Below are positions 1 through 10,248 of a DNA stretch of 64,000 nt, in pieces. Location: positions 96,001 through 160,000 of the forward strand of contig CAXXWC010000001.1 of assembly GCA_963668645.2 (NCBI GenBank), given 5' to 3'. The stretch is from Desulfobacterales bacterium. GTDB taxonomy: Bacteria; Desulfobacterota; Desulfobacteria; Desulfobacterales; UBA2174. The position numbers were made by a program, and so were the translations under genes. Under the pieces are notes generated by a model, which was given only the letters and a program-made list of their open reading frames with translations, did no database searches and had not been told where the DNA came from. Every line of letters starts with the position of its first letter. Position 1 is the first letter of the stretch.

Positions 1-2
1 AT

Positions 3-623
3 GCCCTCACCTTCACCACCAGCTCACAGGCCGGGGTTATCGCCTCTTCCGTACCGTTGTGGGTGGCCGTGGGCGCCGGGATCTTTCTGGCCGAAACAAT
101 CTCACGCCGGACCATGATCGGCCTGGCGGTCTCCATGGCCGGAGTCATCGCCCTGACCCTGCTCCAGGCGGTGGATGAGTCTGCCGCCAATCCGCTGCTC
201 GGCAACCTGCTCGAGGTGCTCGCCATGGCCAGTGCGGCGGCCAACATGCTCATCGTCAAGCGCCTCAGCGCCCGCTACAACCCCTGGAGTCTGACCGCGA
301 TGCAGATGGCCGTGGGAACACTCTTCTTCTCACCGGGCCTGCCGCTGCTGATCCGAAGCGGGGCGGCCGTCTGGACGCCGACCCTGATTGGGGCGATGAT
401 CTTTCTCGGCGCCCTGGTGACCCTGGGCGCATTCGGTCTCTACAACTGGGGCATGAGCCGCATCCCGGCCAACCGGGCGGCGGTCTTTATCAACCTGGTG
501 CCGGTTTTTGCCGTGATCTTCGGCTGGACCCTGCTCGGGGAGGGACTCAGCGGCCCCCAGCTCGTGGCCGCCGCAGCCGTTCTTGGAGGGGTTTGGTACA
601 GTCAGACGGTTGGCAGTAAATAG
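3..623 (+). CDS. EamA/DMT family transporter, 5'-partial
   Basis: Frame open from the window edge (ALTFTTSSQAGVI...). Multiple hydrophobic helices; EamA-type C-terminal pattern YNWGMSRIPANRAAVFINLVPVFAVIFGWTLLGE. Confidence 0.9.
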   Translation, partial: ALTFTTSSQAGVIASSVPLWVAVGAGIFLAETISRRTMIGLAVSMAGVIALTLLQAVDESAANPLLGNLLEVLAMASAAANMLIVKRLSARYNPWSLTAMQMAVGTLFFSPGLPLLIRSGAAVWTPTLIGAMIFLGALVTLGAFGLYNWGMSRIPANRAAVFINLVPVFAVIFGWTLLGEGLSGPQLVAAAAVLGGVWYSQTVGSK

Positions 624-717
624 GGGAGCAGTTGTGAAAAAATTCAAACTGTGCTGATTTTTTCAATCTGGATGACGATTATTGGCAGATACGAATGGCA
701 ACCATGCCCAAAATGGT

Positions 718-945
718 TCATGATTCTTTTTTCAATTTAAAAATTAACCAGGTACCCTTTCCGGCACGGCATCCTTTAGCTCTTATCTGGCGATATTCAC
801 TGGAGTGACAATGCCATCCATTGGTGGCATATTGATTTAATAAGTCCTGGAATTGCTTGCGCCGCTCTTCACTCCAGCCTCCATCATTTGCATCACAACC
901 AGCAACTTTTGAAACGAAGGCTTTTACCATATATTGGACTGCCAT
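718..945 (-). CDS. Small hypothetical protein, DUF4177-like
   Basis: MAVQYMVK...FQDLLNQYATNGWHCHS...LIFK resembles the DUF4177 pattern (LN..G..GW). AGGAG RBS lies upstream; AT-rich context. Confidence 0.45.
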   Translation of the reverse strand: MAVQYMVKAFVSKVAGCDANDGGWSEERRKQFQDLLNQYATNGWHCHSSEYRQIRAKGCRAGKGTWLIFKLKKES

Positions 946-1481
946 CCGCATCTCCTTTAAACAAAAGAGTTGGTTGGATTTTATCAGCAATGATGGACAG
1001 AGTAGTTTTCCGATTATTGCCTATATATCATTTTAAATTCTCCATATATCAATACGCTGACCATGGATAAAAATTTCGGATTTTCTCCACACATAAACAC
1101 AGATCTATAATTCAAAAATACTCTTGTCTGGTTTAATATCGAGATATTGACAGGCCATCGAGCAGGCCCAGAGCACTTGACAAGATAGGTTCGAGTGCTT
1201 CAGCAGATCAAATCATTGTGGAATATACATAAAAATTGCATAAAGTTCAAGTATTAATTAAGGAGACGTTTCCCCCTACCTATCCGATAGGCTTGCCTCC
1301 TGCATTCCACTCATCACAAAAACCTCGAGAGAGCATCTTGGTCCCCACATTCCAGGTCCGGGATCAGATCGGAATAATGCCTGATCTGGGTGGCAGGTAA
1401 GTTCAACATCGCAGGCACCGCTTTCGATGAATCTGAAACGCCAACTGATGTCCATCCCTACCGTCATGGAGCAGACCGCCG

Positions 1482-2421
1482 CTATGCAGCCAGGCGGCTG
1501 AGCGTCTTAAGCCCCCGGGCGATATCTTCCGCAGCCACGGACGGAAATGTCAGCCGGACGTATAGTCCGGTAGCGCGCCGGGCATCGCTAAAGTCCGGGG
1601 CCACCGCCGGCCAGGCAGCCGCAATGGCCACCCCGGCCGCCTTGCTCCGGTCGATGAACTGGGCCTCGCCGTCCGCGCCGATTCCGGCCAGGGTCAGGGC
1701 GGTGAAGAATCCGCCGGTCACCGGGGCACCGGCAGCGCCGGGAAAATGGGTGGCCAGAGCCGTATTGAGGGCCTCCATGCTTGGTCCCCGGCGAGATCGT
1801 CTTGGTGAAACTGCTCATCAGCACCGGTCCCCAGGCGTCCACCGCAATGGGCAGATTGGCCGTCCCGTCGTAGCGCAGCGCCTCGTAGCAGATGTCCCAG
1901 ATGCAAAACAGCCCGCGGGCGCGGCAGATGCCTTCCACCGCCAGGCGGTTTTCCTCCGTGTAGGTGATCCCCGTGGGATTGTGGTGAAAAGGGATCCCGT
2001 AGAAAGCCGCCGCCTTGCTGCCCGCCGCCAGGGCTTCGAAACGTTCCAGATCGAGGCCCTCGGTTCCGAGGGGCACCCCTATCAGACGGTGGCCGTAGCG
2101 CAGTGCGTCGGTAATCACCCGGTCGTAGGTCGCCTCTTCGATGAGGATGGTGCTCTTTAGCGGCAAGGCCTTGAAGAATAGCGAAATCATCTCCATGCCG
2201 CCATTGCCGGCCACAACCCGGCCGGGAGCCACACCGTGGCTGGCGGCGAGAATTTCGCGCAGGGGGCCAAAGCCGAGAAAATGGCCGTACTGCAGCACGG
2301 CAGCGCCGTGGCGGTCGATAACCTCGGCATAGCCGTTTGCCGCCATGGGTACCAACCGCTCCATGGCCTCATCGGCCGGCACCCCCCGCAGGAAGCTGAC
2401 GGATGCGATCTTGTCGTTCAT
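1482..2421 (-). pseudogene. PLP-dependent class I/II aminotransferase (MocR/LysN-like) with internal deletion and frameshift
   Basis: The frame from 2421 carries QYGHFLGFGPLR, HNPTG, DICY and the PLP-lysine motif SFTKTISPG. At about 1779 it jumps into another frame encoding the C-terminal domain (GGFF...VRLTFP). Confidence 0.8.
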
Positions 2422-2467
2422 GGTATATCCTTTTGAAAAAGTAAAATACGGCTCGCCAGGCGTCCTT

Positions 2468-2764
2468 TCAACCTTCCTCTGACGCCGGCGGCAGGTGCAA
2501 AAACGCGAGGCTCCCGCTGCCGGAGCGCACCAGGGCTTCCTTCTTGGGCTTGGCAAGCTTCTTGACGCAGCGCTCGGCCCTGAGCGCCAACCCGCGACTG
2601 CCGATACGCTCGCTGAAGACCAGTTCGATGGGTCCCCGGCCGCGCAGGTACTTGGCCCCGCGGCCGGCCCGGTGTTCGGCCAACCGGCGGGCTACATCGC
2701 AGGCAATGCCGGTATAGAGACTGCCGTCGCGGCATCGTACCATATAGAGGTACCAGTCCTTCAT
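2468..2764 (-). CDS. GIY-YIG nuclease family protein (UPF0213/YhbQ-like)
   Basis: WYLYMVRCRDGSLYTGIA..VARRLAEH..GRGAKYLRGRGP. Confidence 0.9.
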   Translation of the reverse strand: MKDWYLYMVRCRDGSLYTGIACDVARRLAEHRAGRGAKYLRGRGPIELVFSERIGSRGLALRAERCVKKLAKPKKEALVRSGSGSLAFLHLPPASEEG

Positions 2765-3641
2765 CAGGCACCGTCGCCGCGCCTGTCCGCCCGGCAGCCG
2801 CGAATCGTTCCGGCGCCCATTGCGCAGCGGCCAGAAATCATTTCTCTTCCCGCTGGGCGCCTTGAATATCCGGCGCAGCCACCGAACCGCCCTCGCCTCC
2901 CGCACGCAGCGTTACGTGCAGGATCGCCCCCGGCCGCCACAGCCGCATGCGCGGCCCCCAGGTGCCCGTTCCTCGGCAAACGATGACGCGCATCCTGCCC
3001 ACCGTGTACGGACTTTCGAACAGCGGGTAATAGCGGCGCACAAGATAGCCGAAAGGCCAGATCTGCCCGGCGTGGGTATGGCCGCAGAGCATGAGCCCGA
3101 CTCCGGCCCGCGCAGCGCTTTCGGCCCCCCAGGGGGTGTGTGAAAGAAGGATCGTGGCGCCGGCCGGGCGGTCTGCAAGCGCCGTGGCGACAGGGTCCCC
3201 TTGCTGGCGGCCGCGACGATACCGGATGGTCAGATCGTCCACACCGGCCAGCACCAGGCCGGGTCTGACTTCGGCCCAGGCGTCGCGCAGCAGCCGGATG
3301 CCGGCGCTATCGAAAAGGCGTGGATCGATCCCCCCGTAATATTCGCGATTGCCGAGTACCGCCCAGACGCCCAGAGGCGGGGCGAACCGCCGCCAGGGTG
3401 CCATGAGATCAGAAGACGGCGGGCCGTGCCCCTCGACGATGTCCCCGGGCAGGGCCACCATGTCCGGCTGCAGGGCCTCGACCTGGTCGATGCGGGCCGA
3501 CAGCCAGCCGGCGCCGATCTGAGAGCCGAGGTGGGTGTCGGAAACGGCGACGATCACCGTGCCGTCCAGGTGGCTGATCTTCCCCCAAATTGGTGGACAC
3601 CTCGAAAAGCCCAATGTATACGGGCGTCAGGAGGTGTTCCA

Positions 3642-3941
3642 ATGGCACAGAAAAAGAGAAAGAACTACTCACGAGAATTCAAGGTCGAGGCTGTGAACCT
3701 GATTACCCAAAAGGGATACAGCATTGCTGAAGCCTCGCGGAATCTCGGCATAGAATACAGCGTGTTACGACGCTGGAAGTCAGAACTCGCGAAAGATTCT
3801 CAGCATGCTTTTCCTGGTAAGGGAAAACTTGCCGCTCCGGATGAGGAAACGCGTAAGCTCCGCCGTGAGCTGGATCGAGTCAAACAGGAGCGTGACATCC
3901 TAAAAAAAGCGCTGGCCTACTTTGCGGAGGATCAGAAATGA
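3642..3941 (+). CDS. IS3 transposase OrfA (HTH)
   Basis: RKNYSREFKVEAV...LRRW...LKKALAYF; A7G slippery motif (TAAAAAAAGC, 3901-3910) for -1 frameshifting. Confidence 0.95.
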   Translation: MAQKKRKNYSREFKVEAVNLITQKGYSIAEASRNLGIEYSVLRRWKSELAKDSQHAFPGKGKLAAPDEETRKLRRELDRVKQERDILKKALAYFAEDQK

Positions 3942-4801
3942 AATTTCGATTCATCTCTGAACACGTGGAGACGTTCACTGTAGGCCGCATGTGCAAGCTG
4001 CTAAACGTCTCCCGCTCCGGCTTCTATGCCTGGACAAAGCGTCCGGAGAGCCGCCGGAGCCGTGAAAACCGGGTGCTGGAGGATCGAATCCGACTGTCGC
4101 ATGCAAACAGCCACGGTATCTACGGAGCGCCGCGGATCTACCAGGATCTGAACGATGACGGCGTGCGTTGCGGGAAAAACCGTGTCGCCCGTATCATGCG
4201 CAATGCCGGTATCCGATCTCGTACGAGAAAGAAGTTCAAGGCAACGACGAACTCTCGGCATAATCTACCAGTTGCACAGAATTTACTTGACCGGGACTTC
4301 AACGCAAAGGCTCCCGACACCGCATGGGTCGGCGACATAACCTACATCTGGACCGACGAGGGCTGGCTGTACCTGGCCGTGCTGTTGGATTTGTACAACC
4401 GCGAAGTCGTCGGTTGGTCCGCTGCCAGCCGAATGACACGGCAACTGGCCATTGATGCCCTGGAAATGGCTCTTGGTAAGCGGCAGCCGGAACAAGGGCT
4501 GCTACATCATACGGACCGCGGTAGCCAGTACGCTTCGGCCGATTATCAAAAAATTCTCAAAGAGCGTGGCATGGTCTGCAGCATGAGCCGTAAAGGCAAC
4601 TGCCATGACAATGCCGTGGCGGAAAGCTTCTTTGGCCGCCTTAAGATGGAATGGGTCAACCACGAACGGTACCACAGCCGGTCGGAAGCGATCCAAAACC
4701 TATTTTATTACATAGAGGTCTTCTACAACCGAAAAAGACGCCACTCATCGATTGATTACGCAATCCCGCAAGAATATGAGGGTTTCCTACTTGCGGCTTA
4801 A
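3938..4801 (+). CDS. IS3 transposase OrfB (DDE integrase core)
   Basis: WVGDITY, HHTDRGSQY, GNCHDNAVAESFF, YNRKRRHS. Confidence 0.95.
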   Translation: MKFRFISEHVETFTVGRMCKLLNVSRSGFYAWTKRPESRRSRENRVLEDRIRLSHANSHGIYGAPRIYQDLNDDGVRCGKNRVARIMRNAGIRSRTRKKFKATTNSRHNLPVAQNLLDRDFNAKAPDTAWVGDITYIWTDEGWLYLAVLLDLYNREVVGWSAASRMTRQLAIDALEMALGKRQPEQGLLHHTDRGSQYASADYQKILKERGMVCSMSRKGNCHDNAVAESFFGRLKMEWVNHERYHSRSEAIQNLFYYIEVFYNRKRRHSSIDYAIPQEYEGFLLAA

Positions 4802-5311
4802 CCTCGTGTCCACTTTTTCGGGGCAAGATCAGGCAGGCTTGCCAGCCGCACCACATAGCGCTCCACCACCGGCGGCCGCAGCCCCTGGACCAGGGCGATC
4901 AGTGCCAGCACCAGGCCCGCTGCGATGGCTGCACCGCGCAGCAAAACCGCCAGACGGGGCATCACGATCCCGAACAGGGTGACCAGATCCACGGCCAGAA
5001 GCAGGACCACCGTCAAAAAAAGCGTTCCCAGCCAAGTCATCCCGAGAAACTCGATCACCGCGGCCCAGGCCCCGGTTCCGTTGTGGCCCACCACACGCCC
5101 CAGCAAAAAGACGCCCCAGAGAATCAGTGCCGCGGCGAAAAGGCCTTTTGCCGGCAAATGCCGGATCACCAGCGGCAGCGAAGCGGCGCGCCAGAACAGA
5201 TAGGTGTGCATTGCGGTGAAAATCAGGATGAAAATGGTGTTGAACATCGCCCCCGCCCGAAGTGTTGATCGCTCAAGTGGCCGGCCAGCAGTACCGTCCG
5301 CTTTTAGCATA

Positions 5312-5453
5312 GTGTCCATCCATAAACGGCACCTTTCGGCCCCCGGCGGCGTTCTCGCTCGTTACCAATCCTCGATATAGCGGGCTATTGCTCCGGTTGA
5401 AAACCCGCTCGGGCCTTGCCTGGAACCAAAAATAACCATTTATGGACGGGCAC
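5312..5453. repeat. MITE-like dispersed repeat, copy 1 (~142 bp)
   Basis: Terminal IRs GTGTCCATCCATAAACGG / rc GTGCCCGTCCATAAATGG; a colinear second copy lies at 57440-57581. Confidence 0.85.
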
Positions 5454-5458
5454 TATAA

Positions 5459-7422
5459 CTTGGGTTTGGGATTTGTAGGCAAAAAACACCTCCGAAATTC
5501 GGCTCTTCCCAAATTCGCACCTAATAAAAACAATTAGTTACAAAAAATCGAGCCGTTTTTTGAGCCCAAATGCTGTAGGCACACGAATTCGCGGTTTAGA
5601 CCTTGACATAAAATATTTCAAACGCTATGTGGGTAAGCATGTACCTACGAACCACAAAGCGCACCAATAAGGACGGCTCAACGGTCGAATACTTCCAACT
5701 GGCCCACAACGAGCGCGATCCCAAAACCCGCAAGCCGGTCGCCAAAATCATCCACAACTTCGGGCGCACCGATCAACTCGATCGCGCTCAGCTCGTGCGC
5801 CTGTGCCGGTCCATCGCACGGGTCTGCGGCCTGACCGTCACCGATCCGCTCGAAAACGACCAGGCGGTCTCGGCACTGGCTGACAGCCTCAAAATTCAAG
5901 AAACCCTCGCCTTCGGCTGCCCGCTGGTTATCGAAACCCTCTGGGAACAGTTGGGGCTTCGAAAGACCTTGGCCGACATCGTCAAGGCCAAAGGGGTCCG
6001 CATCAACTACGAACGGGCCCTATTGGCCATGACCGCCAACCGGCTCTGTGAGCCTGAATCCAAGCTGGGCGTCTGGGATCGCTGGCTGTCCACGGTTTAC
6101 CTGCCGTCATGCGACGGGCTGAAGCTCGATCACATGTACGAGGCCATGGATCTGCTCCACGAACATGCCGCCGAGATCGAAAAAAGCGTCTTTTTCCATA
6201 CCGCCAACCTGTTCAACCTCACCGTGGATCTGATCTTCTACGACACCACCACGGCCTCGTTCCATGTCGACCGGGAAGATGACGGCGACCGGCACGCCAA
6301 CGCCACAATGCGCAAGTTCGGCCGCAACAAGGAAGGCACCTGGTCGCCTCAAGTCGTCGTGGCCCTGGCCGTGACCCGCGAAGGCATCCCGGTGCGCAGT
6401 TGGGTGCTGCCGGGCAACACGGCCGATGTGGCCACTGTCGAAAAGATCCGCACCGATCTGCGAGGCTGGAATCTGGGGCGGGCACTGTTTGTCGCCGACG
6501 CGGGCATGAATTCGCAGACCAACCGCGAAGAATTGGCCCGGGCATGCGGCAAGTACCTCCTGGCCTGCCGGATGGCCAGCGTGGCCGAAATCAAACGCGA
6601 TGTGCTGAGCAAACGCGGCCGCTACACTGTCATCCGAGACAACCTGCACGCAAAAGAAGTCATCGTTGGCGACGGCGAAAGGCGCAAGCGCTACATCCTG
6701 TGCTACAACCCCAAGGAAGCCAAACGCCAGCGGCTACACCGTGAAACGATCGTTCAGATGCTCGAAACCGAACTCGATCGGCACCCGGACCCATCGGCCA
6801 CGGCCCAGTGGGCGATCGAGCTGTTGGCCTCGGCGCGTTTCAAGCGGTATCTGCGCATCACCAAGGGCAACCAGGTCCGAATCGACCGGGCGGCCATCAA
6901 GGCGGCGGCCAAGTACGATGGCAAATGGGTGGTGGAAACCAACGACGATACCATCAGCCTTGAAGACGCCGTCTGCGGGTACAAAGGGTTGATGGTCATC
7001 GAGCGCTGCTTTCGCTCGCTCAAGCGCACCCAGATCAAGATGATGCCGATGTACCACTGGGCCTCGCGGCGCATTGAGGCCCATGTGAAGATCTGTGTGC
7101 TGGCGCTGATGATCGAGCGGGTGGCCGAACTCGAATGCGGCCTGCCCTGGCACCGAATTCGCCGGTCTCTGGACAAGCTGCAAGTCACAAAACTTTGCAA
7201 TTTAAATTACCGTGTGCTTATGCGCAACGAGATCCCCGTGAAAACTGCCAACATACTGAAAGCGCTTAAAATCAAATCTCCGCAGCAGGTCCTTTCACTG
7301 GAAAATCGGCCCTAAAAAGGGGCGAAAATTGTAGACACACGCTGAATTTCATTCATCGCCACAGATGCGCGTCAGATAAGGGTTTGCTCCAATTCCGTGT
7401 TCCTACGTTTCCCAAACCCAAG
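5459..7422 (+). mobile_element. IS1634 family insertion sequence
   Basis: IRs CTTGGGTTTGGGATTTGTAGG / rc CTTGGGTTTGGGAAACGTAGG; 5-bp target duplication TATAA (5454-5458 and 7423-7427). Confidence 0.92.
5639..7315 (+). CDS. IS1634 family DDE transposase
   Basis: LIFYDTT, PGNTADV, FVADAGM, YKGLMVIERCFRSLK, RIEAHVKICVLAL. Confidence 0.92.
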   Translation: MYLRTTKRTNKDGSTVEYFQLAHNERDPKTRKPVAKIIHNFGRTDQLDRAQLVRLCRSIARVCGLTVTDPLENDQAVSALADSLKIQETLAFGCPLVIETLWEQLGLRKTLADIVKAKGVRINYERALLAMTANRLCEPESKLGVWDRWLSTVYLPSCDGLKLDHMYEAMDLLHEHAAEIEKSVFFHTANLFNLTVDLIFYDTTTASFHVDREDDGDRHANATMRKFGRNKEGTWSPQVVVALAVTREGIPVRSWVLPGNTADVATVEKIRTDLRGWNLGRALFVADAGMNSQTNREELARACGKYLLACRMASVAEIKRDVLSKRGRYTVIRDNLHAKEVIVGDGERRKRYILCYNPKEAKRQRLHRETIVQMLETELDRHPDPSATAQWAIELLASARFKRYLRITKGNQVRIDRAAIKAAAKYDGKWVVETNDDTISLEDAVCGYKGLMVIERCFRSLKRTQIKMMPMYHWASRRIEAHVKICVLALMIERVAELECGLPWHRIRRSLDKLQVTKLCNLNYRVLMRNEIPVKTANILKALKIKSPQQVLSLENRP

Positions 7423-7567
7423 TATAATAGGGGCCGCATGCAGCGCCAGGCGGAAAAAAAACCTGCGACGATCGGACGAGGAATGGGCTATCGGCCTCAC
7501 AGGCAAATGTAACAAATTTTCAAGCCCTTTAGAAGATGTGGTGGCCCGGAGGCTTACCTTGCTGATA

Positions 7568-8842
7568 TCACACCTCTTCCACAATAATCGGAACATTAAT
7601 AAGAAGAGGATAATGATCTGAAACTCTAATTGTATCAGTTTCAACTCTATTTCGCCTAATTCGTCCTTTAGCATCCTTCGGTTGGATAGAATAATACAAT
7701 GGGCCAGCAAAGGCATAATCGACTGTCAGTGTAGGGTCTTCTTTTAATCCTTTAGCTTTTGTTTCGCCTTCACATAAGTTTAAAAAATTTCGCTTGATTA
7801 TGTACTCAAATTCGGTAGATTGAGGAGTAAAATTAAAGTCACCAGTTACTATCCAAACTGGTTTATGACGGTCTTTGGTTTCGTATTCCTTGTTCACTGG
7901 GTAGTCCTCATCTCTCAATTTATAATCTTTTTGTTGCTTCCACGAGTTATATCTTGAAATTATGTCATTAAAAACGATTTCAAGCTGTTTAAGGCGACGT
8001 TGTCCGGCTTTTTCATCAATTGCAGGAATTCCTTCTCTTTCATGCGATAATGTAGTTAAATGGAGGTTTATAATGAAAAGGTCCAGTGGTGATTTCAATG
8101 AGTCTTGTCTGCTCGTTTTTTTCCCATCAAGTACTAAATGAGTGACAATTGCTGCGCGTGGCTCAGTATTTCGATCGCCAAAATATAACCCCTGTTCAAC
8201 AAATACGACCTCTGAAGCATATTCAATATCTCCAACATTTCCTGAATTGATTGTTTCGAAAGCACTACTGTTGTCATTTTCACAAGTATCGTCTATACCT
8301 ATCCCATCACAGCCTTTTTGCATTTTCTTAAATTCATCAAGTGTAATATTAAGTTTAGGGATACTCCAGACTGGAAAAAGTGCGAGGTCGTCTCTCACCA
8401 AGATGGCATTTCCTTGTGCAAAATATGCCTTCCGGCTCCAATTTCCAACTCTTTGAATTTTATTCCATTTGGCTCTGGCTGAAAATTTTGTAGTATTAAT
8501 GAGAGGGAAAAAATGAAATTTATAACCCATCTTTTTAAAAAACTCTTCCGAAACAATATCTTTAGGATTCTCAAAATCCCCATTTTCTTCAAACTGGACA
8601 ACTTCTTGTAATGTCAAAACATGTGGTTTGGGATAAATTGTTTCAATTAAGTTTTTTAGGGCATTTTGCAATCTAAACTGAAATTGTTCTCTACAATGAA
8701 ATAAGGAATCATTAGTATTGCCGAATTCATTAATGGGAGGCTTATAGTCAGGAACGCTTGGCAATTCAAAAAATTTTGCTCCCCCAACATTCCAATTGAT
8801 TAATTTAAAATCCATACTAATTGAACGCTTTATCCGGTTCAT
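7568..8842 (-). CDS. Endonuclease/exonuclease/phosphatase (EEP) family protein
   Basis: All canonical EEP motifs present: INWNV, LTLQEV, INLHL, TGDFN, VDYAF, SDHYP. GGAGG RBS precedes ATG 8842; AT-rich. Confidence 0.85.
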   Translation of the reverse strand: MNRIKRSISMDFKLINWNVGGAKFFELPSVPDYKPPINEFGNTNDSLFHCREQFQFRLQNALKNLIETIYPKPHVLTLQEVVQFEENGDFENPKDIVSEEFFKKMGYKFHFFPLINTTKFSARAKWNKIQRVGNWSRKAYFAQGNAILVRDDLALFPVWSIPKLNITLDEFKKMQKGCDGIGIDDTCENDNSSAFETINSGNVGDIEYASEVVFVEQGLYFGDRNTEPRAAIVTHLVLDGKKTSRQDSLKSPLDLFIINLHLTTLSHEREGIPAIDEKAGQRRLKQLEIVFNDIISRYNSWKQQKDYKLRDEDYPVNKEYETKDRHKPVWIVTGDFNFTPQSTEFEYIIKRNFLNLCEGETKAKGLKEDPTLTVDYAFAGPLYYSIQPKDAKGRIRRNRVETDTIRVSDHYPLLINVPIIVEEV

Positions 8843-8844
8843 TC

Positions 8845-10175
8845 TCAACCTCCTTGCGGCATATTTTCAAACACATGACCACTCGAACAAATACGGAACT
8901 CTACTTTACGATATGCATTCTTCAGAATAGAATTAAGCTCTTTGAATTTTATTGGATCTGGACAAAATACTAAAACATCGCCTCTTCCTCCTGCTCCCAA
9001 AGGAAAAGACTCAGCACCAAATTGCTCACACTGACCTTGAATTTCCTAACAAGGCTTACACATATAATCTTCACATAATTTAATCCTTATCCGTCGATAT
9101 TCTCTGATAGAAAAATTTACACGATCCCAATCTTTTGTCCTTAAGCCCTCTCTGTAATCATATGCCGTCTTTAATTTTTTTTGACGTAGATTCAATCCAG
9201 AGTGATCCATTAATTTTGACAAGCTCATAAAAAGTCCAAAAAATGCCATTTTCCTAATTTTGGACTTAATGATTTCAATGTGTTACAGCGATGAAAATTT
9301 CAAAATCTGACTTTTTACGAACGAGTCAATTTTTGTCGCCATACTTCATTTACATCGGAACTGTTTCTTGATTTGTTACTGTGATAAATGGCCAAGCGTT
9401 TCTCAAGCTCTCCATGATCTTTCTTTTCTATCAAAGTATCGCGAATCGAAGTGCCATAGCTACTTGAATTACCGGGGGTCCCCCATGGAAACCATATATA
9501 ATCAGTAACTCCACCATAAAGCACACAAGATTGTTCTTGTGTACCAGTTATACTAGTTTCCGTCCATAAATCGCCAAAATCAGCCGCCCGAGGACCCTGC
9601 AAAGAGGCGGCAGGCGAATAATCTCGAAAGAATTTAGCAAAAAACAAGCCCTTAACAGCAAATGTTACTATTCACCCTAAAATCCGGGAACACCTCACCT
9701 GTTGGCTTTACGTGTCGAACGGGTGCCGTACCGTCAGGCCAACTGTTTGCGGGCAATCGTAAGCAGGTTGGCCGAAACGATCGACGCCCAAACATAACTC
9801 TGGAACGATCGCCATCCTTTCCAGGTGCACCGATCCAGCCCCAGACTGCGCTTGAGCCAGGATATGCCCGCCTCAATGCCGGCCCGGAAACGACGAAGGC
9901 GCTTGTACACATGCTGGCTGCGGCACATCTTCTCCGGTTCCAGACCGCGTTTTTTGGAAAAGCAAACGTCTTTGATTCCTTTGTCCTTGGCGGCCTTCAG
10001 ATTCGCCTTGGAAGCAAACCCTCCGTCCAGGGCGACTTTGAGCGGGCAGCGCCCATAAATTATTTCTTGCCGATCGAGCATCGTCTGGGTCAAAGTCGCA
10101 GCGGATGGACACTATACTAATCCCCATATCCTGCTCAAGCATTAAAGCCATCGCAACAATTTGGTCAACCGTGAA
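8845..10175 (-). pseudogene. GHMP-family sugar kinase remnant (5'-truncated, IS-interrupted, internal stops)
   Basis: Removing the 9556-10112 element joins IVAMALMLEQDMGISI to TGTQEQSCVLYGG (GHMP G.QDQ...YGG motif). The C-terminal SFPLGAGGRG motif follows an in-frame TAG at 9046-9048. Confidence 0.75.
9556..10112 (-). mobile_element. Internally deleted ISNCY (ISDol1-like) element carrying only the transposase C-terminus (9734-10093)
   Basis: Ends GTTTCCGTCCATAAAT...GGATGGACAC; exact 7-bp duplication TATACTA (9549-9555, 10113-10119). Residual ORF has ALDGGFAS, FRAGIEAGISWLKRS and NLLTIAR. Confidence 0.85.
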
Positions 10176-10248
10176 AGCGAAAATGGAGGCGCTGGGCGTA
10201 ACCGCGTCCTACAAGCCGGCCGAGAGTGAGCAATTATTCTAAATATGG

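Larger units (their letters stand above)
3575..4831 (+). mobile_element. IS3 family insertion sequence
   Basis: 26-bp imperfect terminal IRs TGATCTTCCCCCAAATTGGTGGACAC / TGATCTTGCCCCGAAAAAGTGGACAC (21/26). TG..CA ends, 3-bp target duplication GGC, orfA/orfB layout. Confidence 0.95.
2838..5247 (-). pseudogene. Membrane-anchored metallophosphoesterase (YkuE/YaeI-like) interrupted by IS3
   Basis: N-terminal TM part at 5247-4832. Catalytic part at 3574-2838 has SDTHLG, GDIVEG, GNRE (normally GNHE), LSHTP, CGHTHAGQ and GTGTWGP. Confidence 0.9.

Noticed and set aside
950..1480. AT-rich stretch with short ORFs and a GAGCACTTGA/TCGAGTGCTT inverted repeat
   Set aside because: No coherent coding frame or recognisable RNA family; probably decayed accessory DNA.
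9315..9647. 110-aa ORF as a real gene
   Set aside because: Chimera: the N-terminus comes from the ISNCY end and the rest from the kinase pseudogene.
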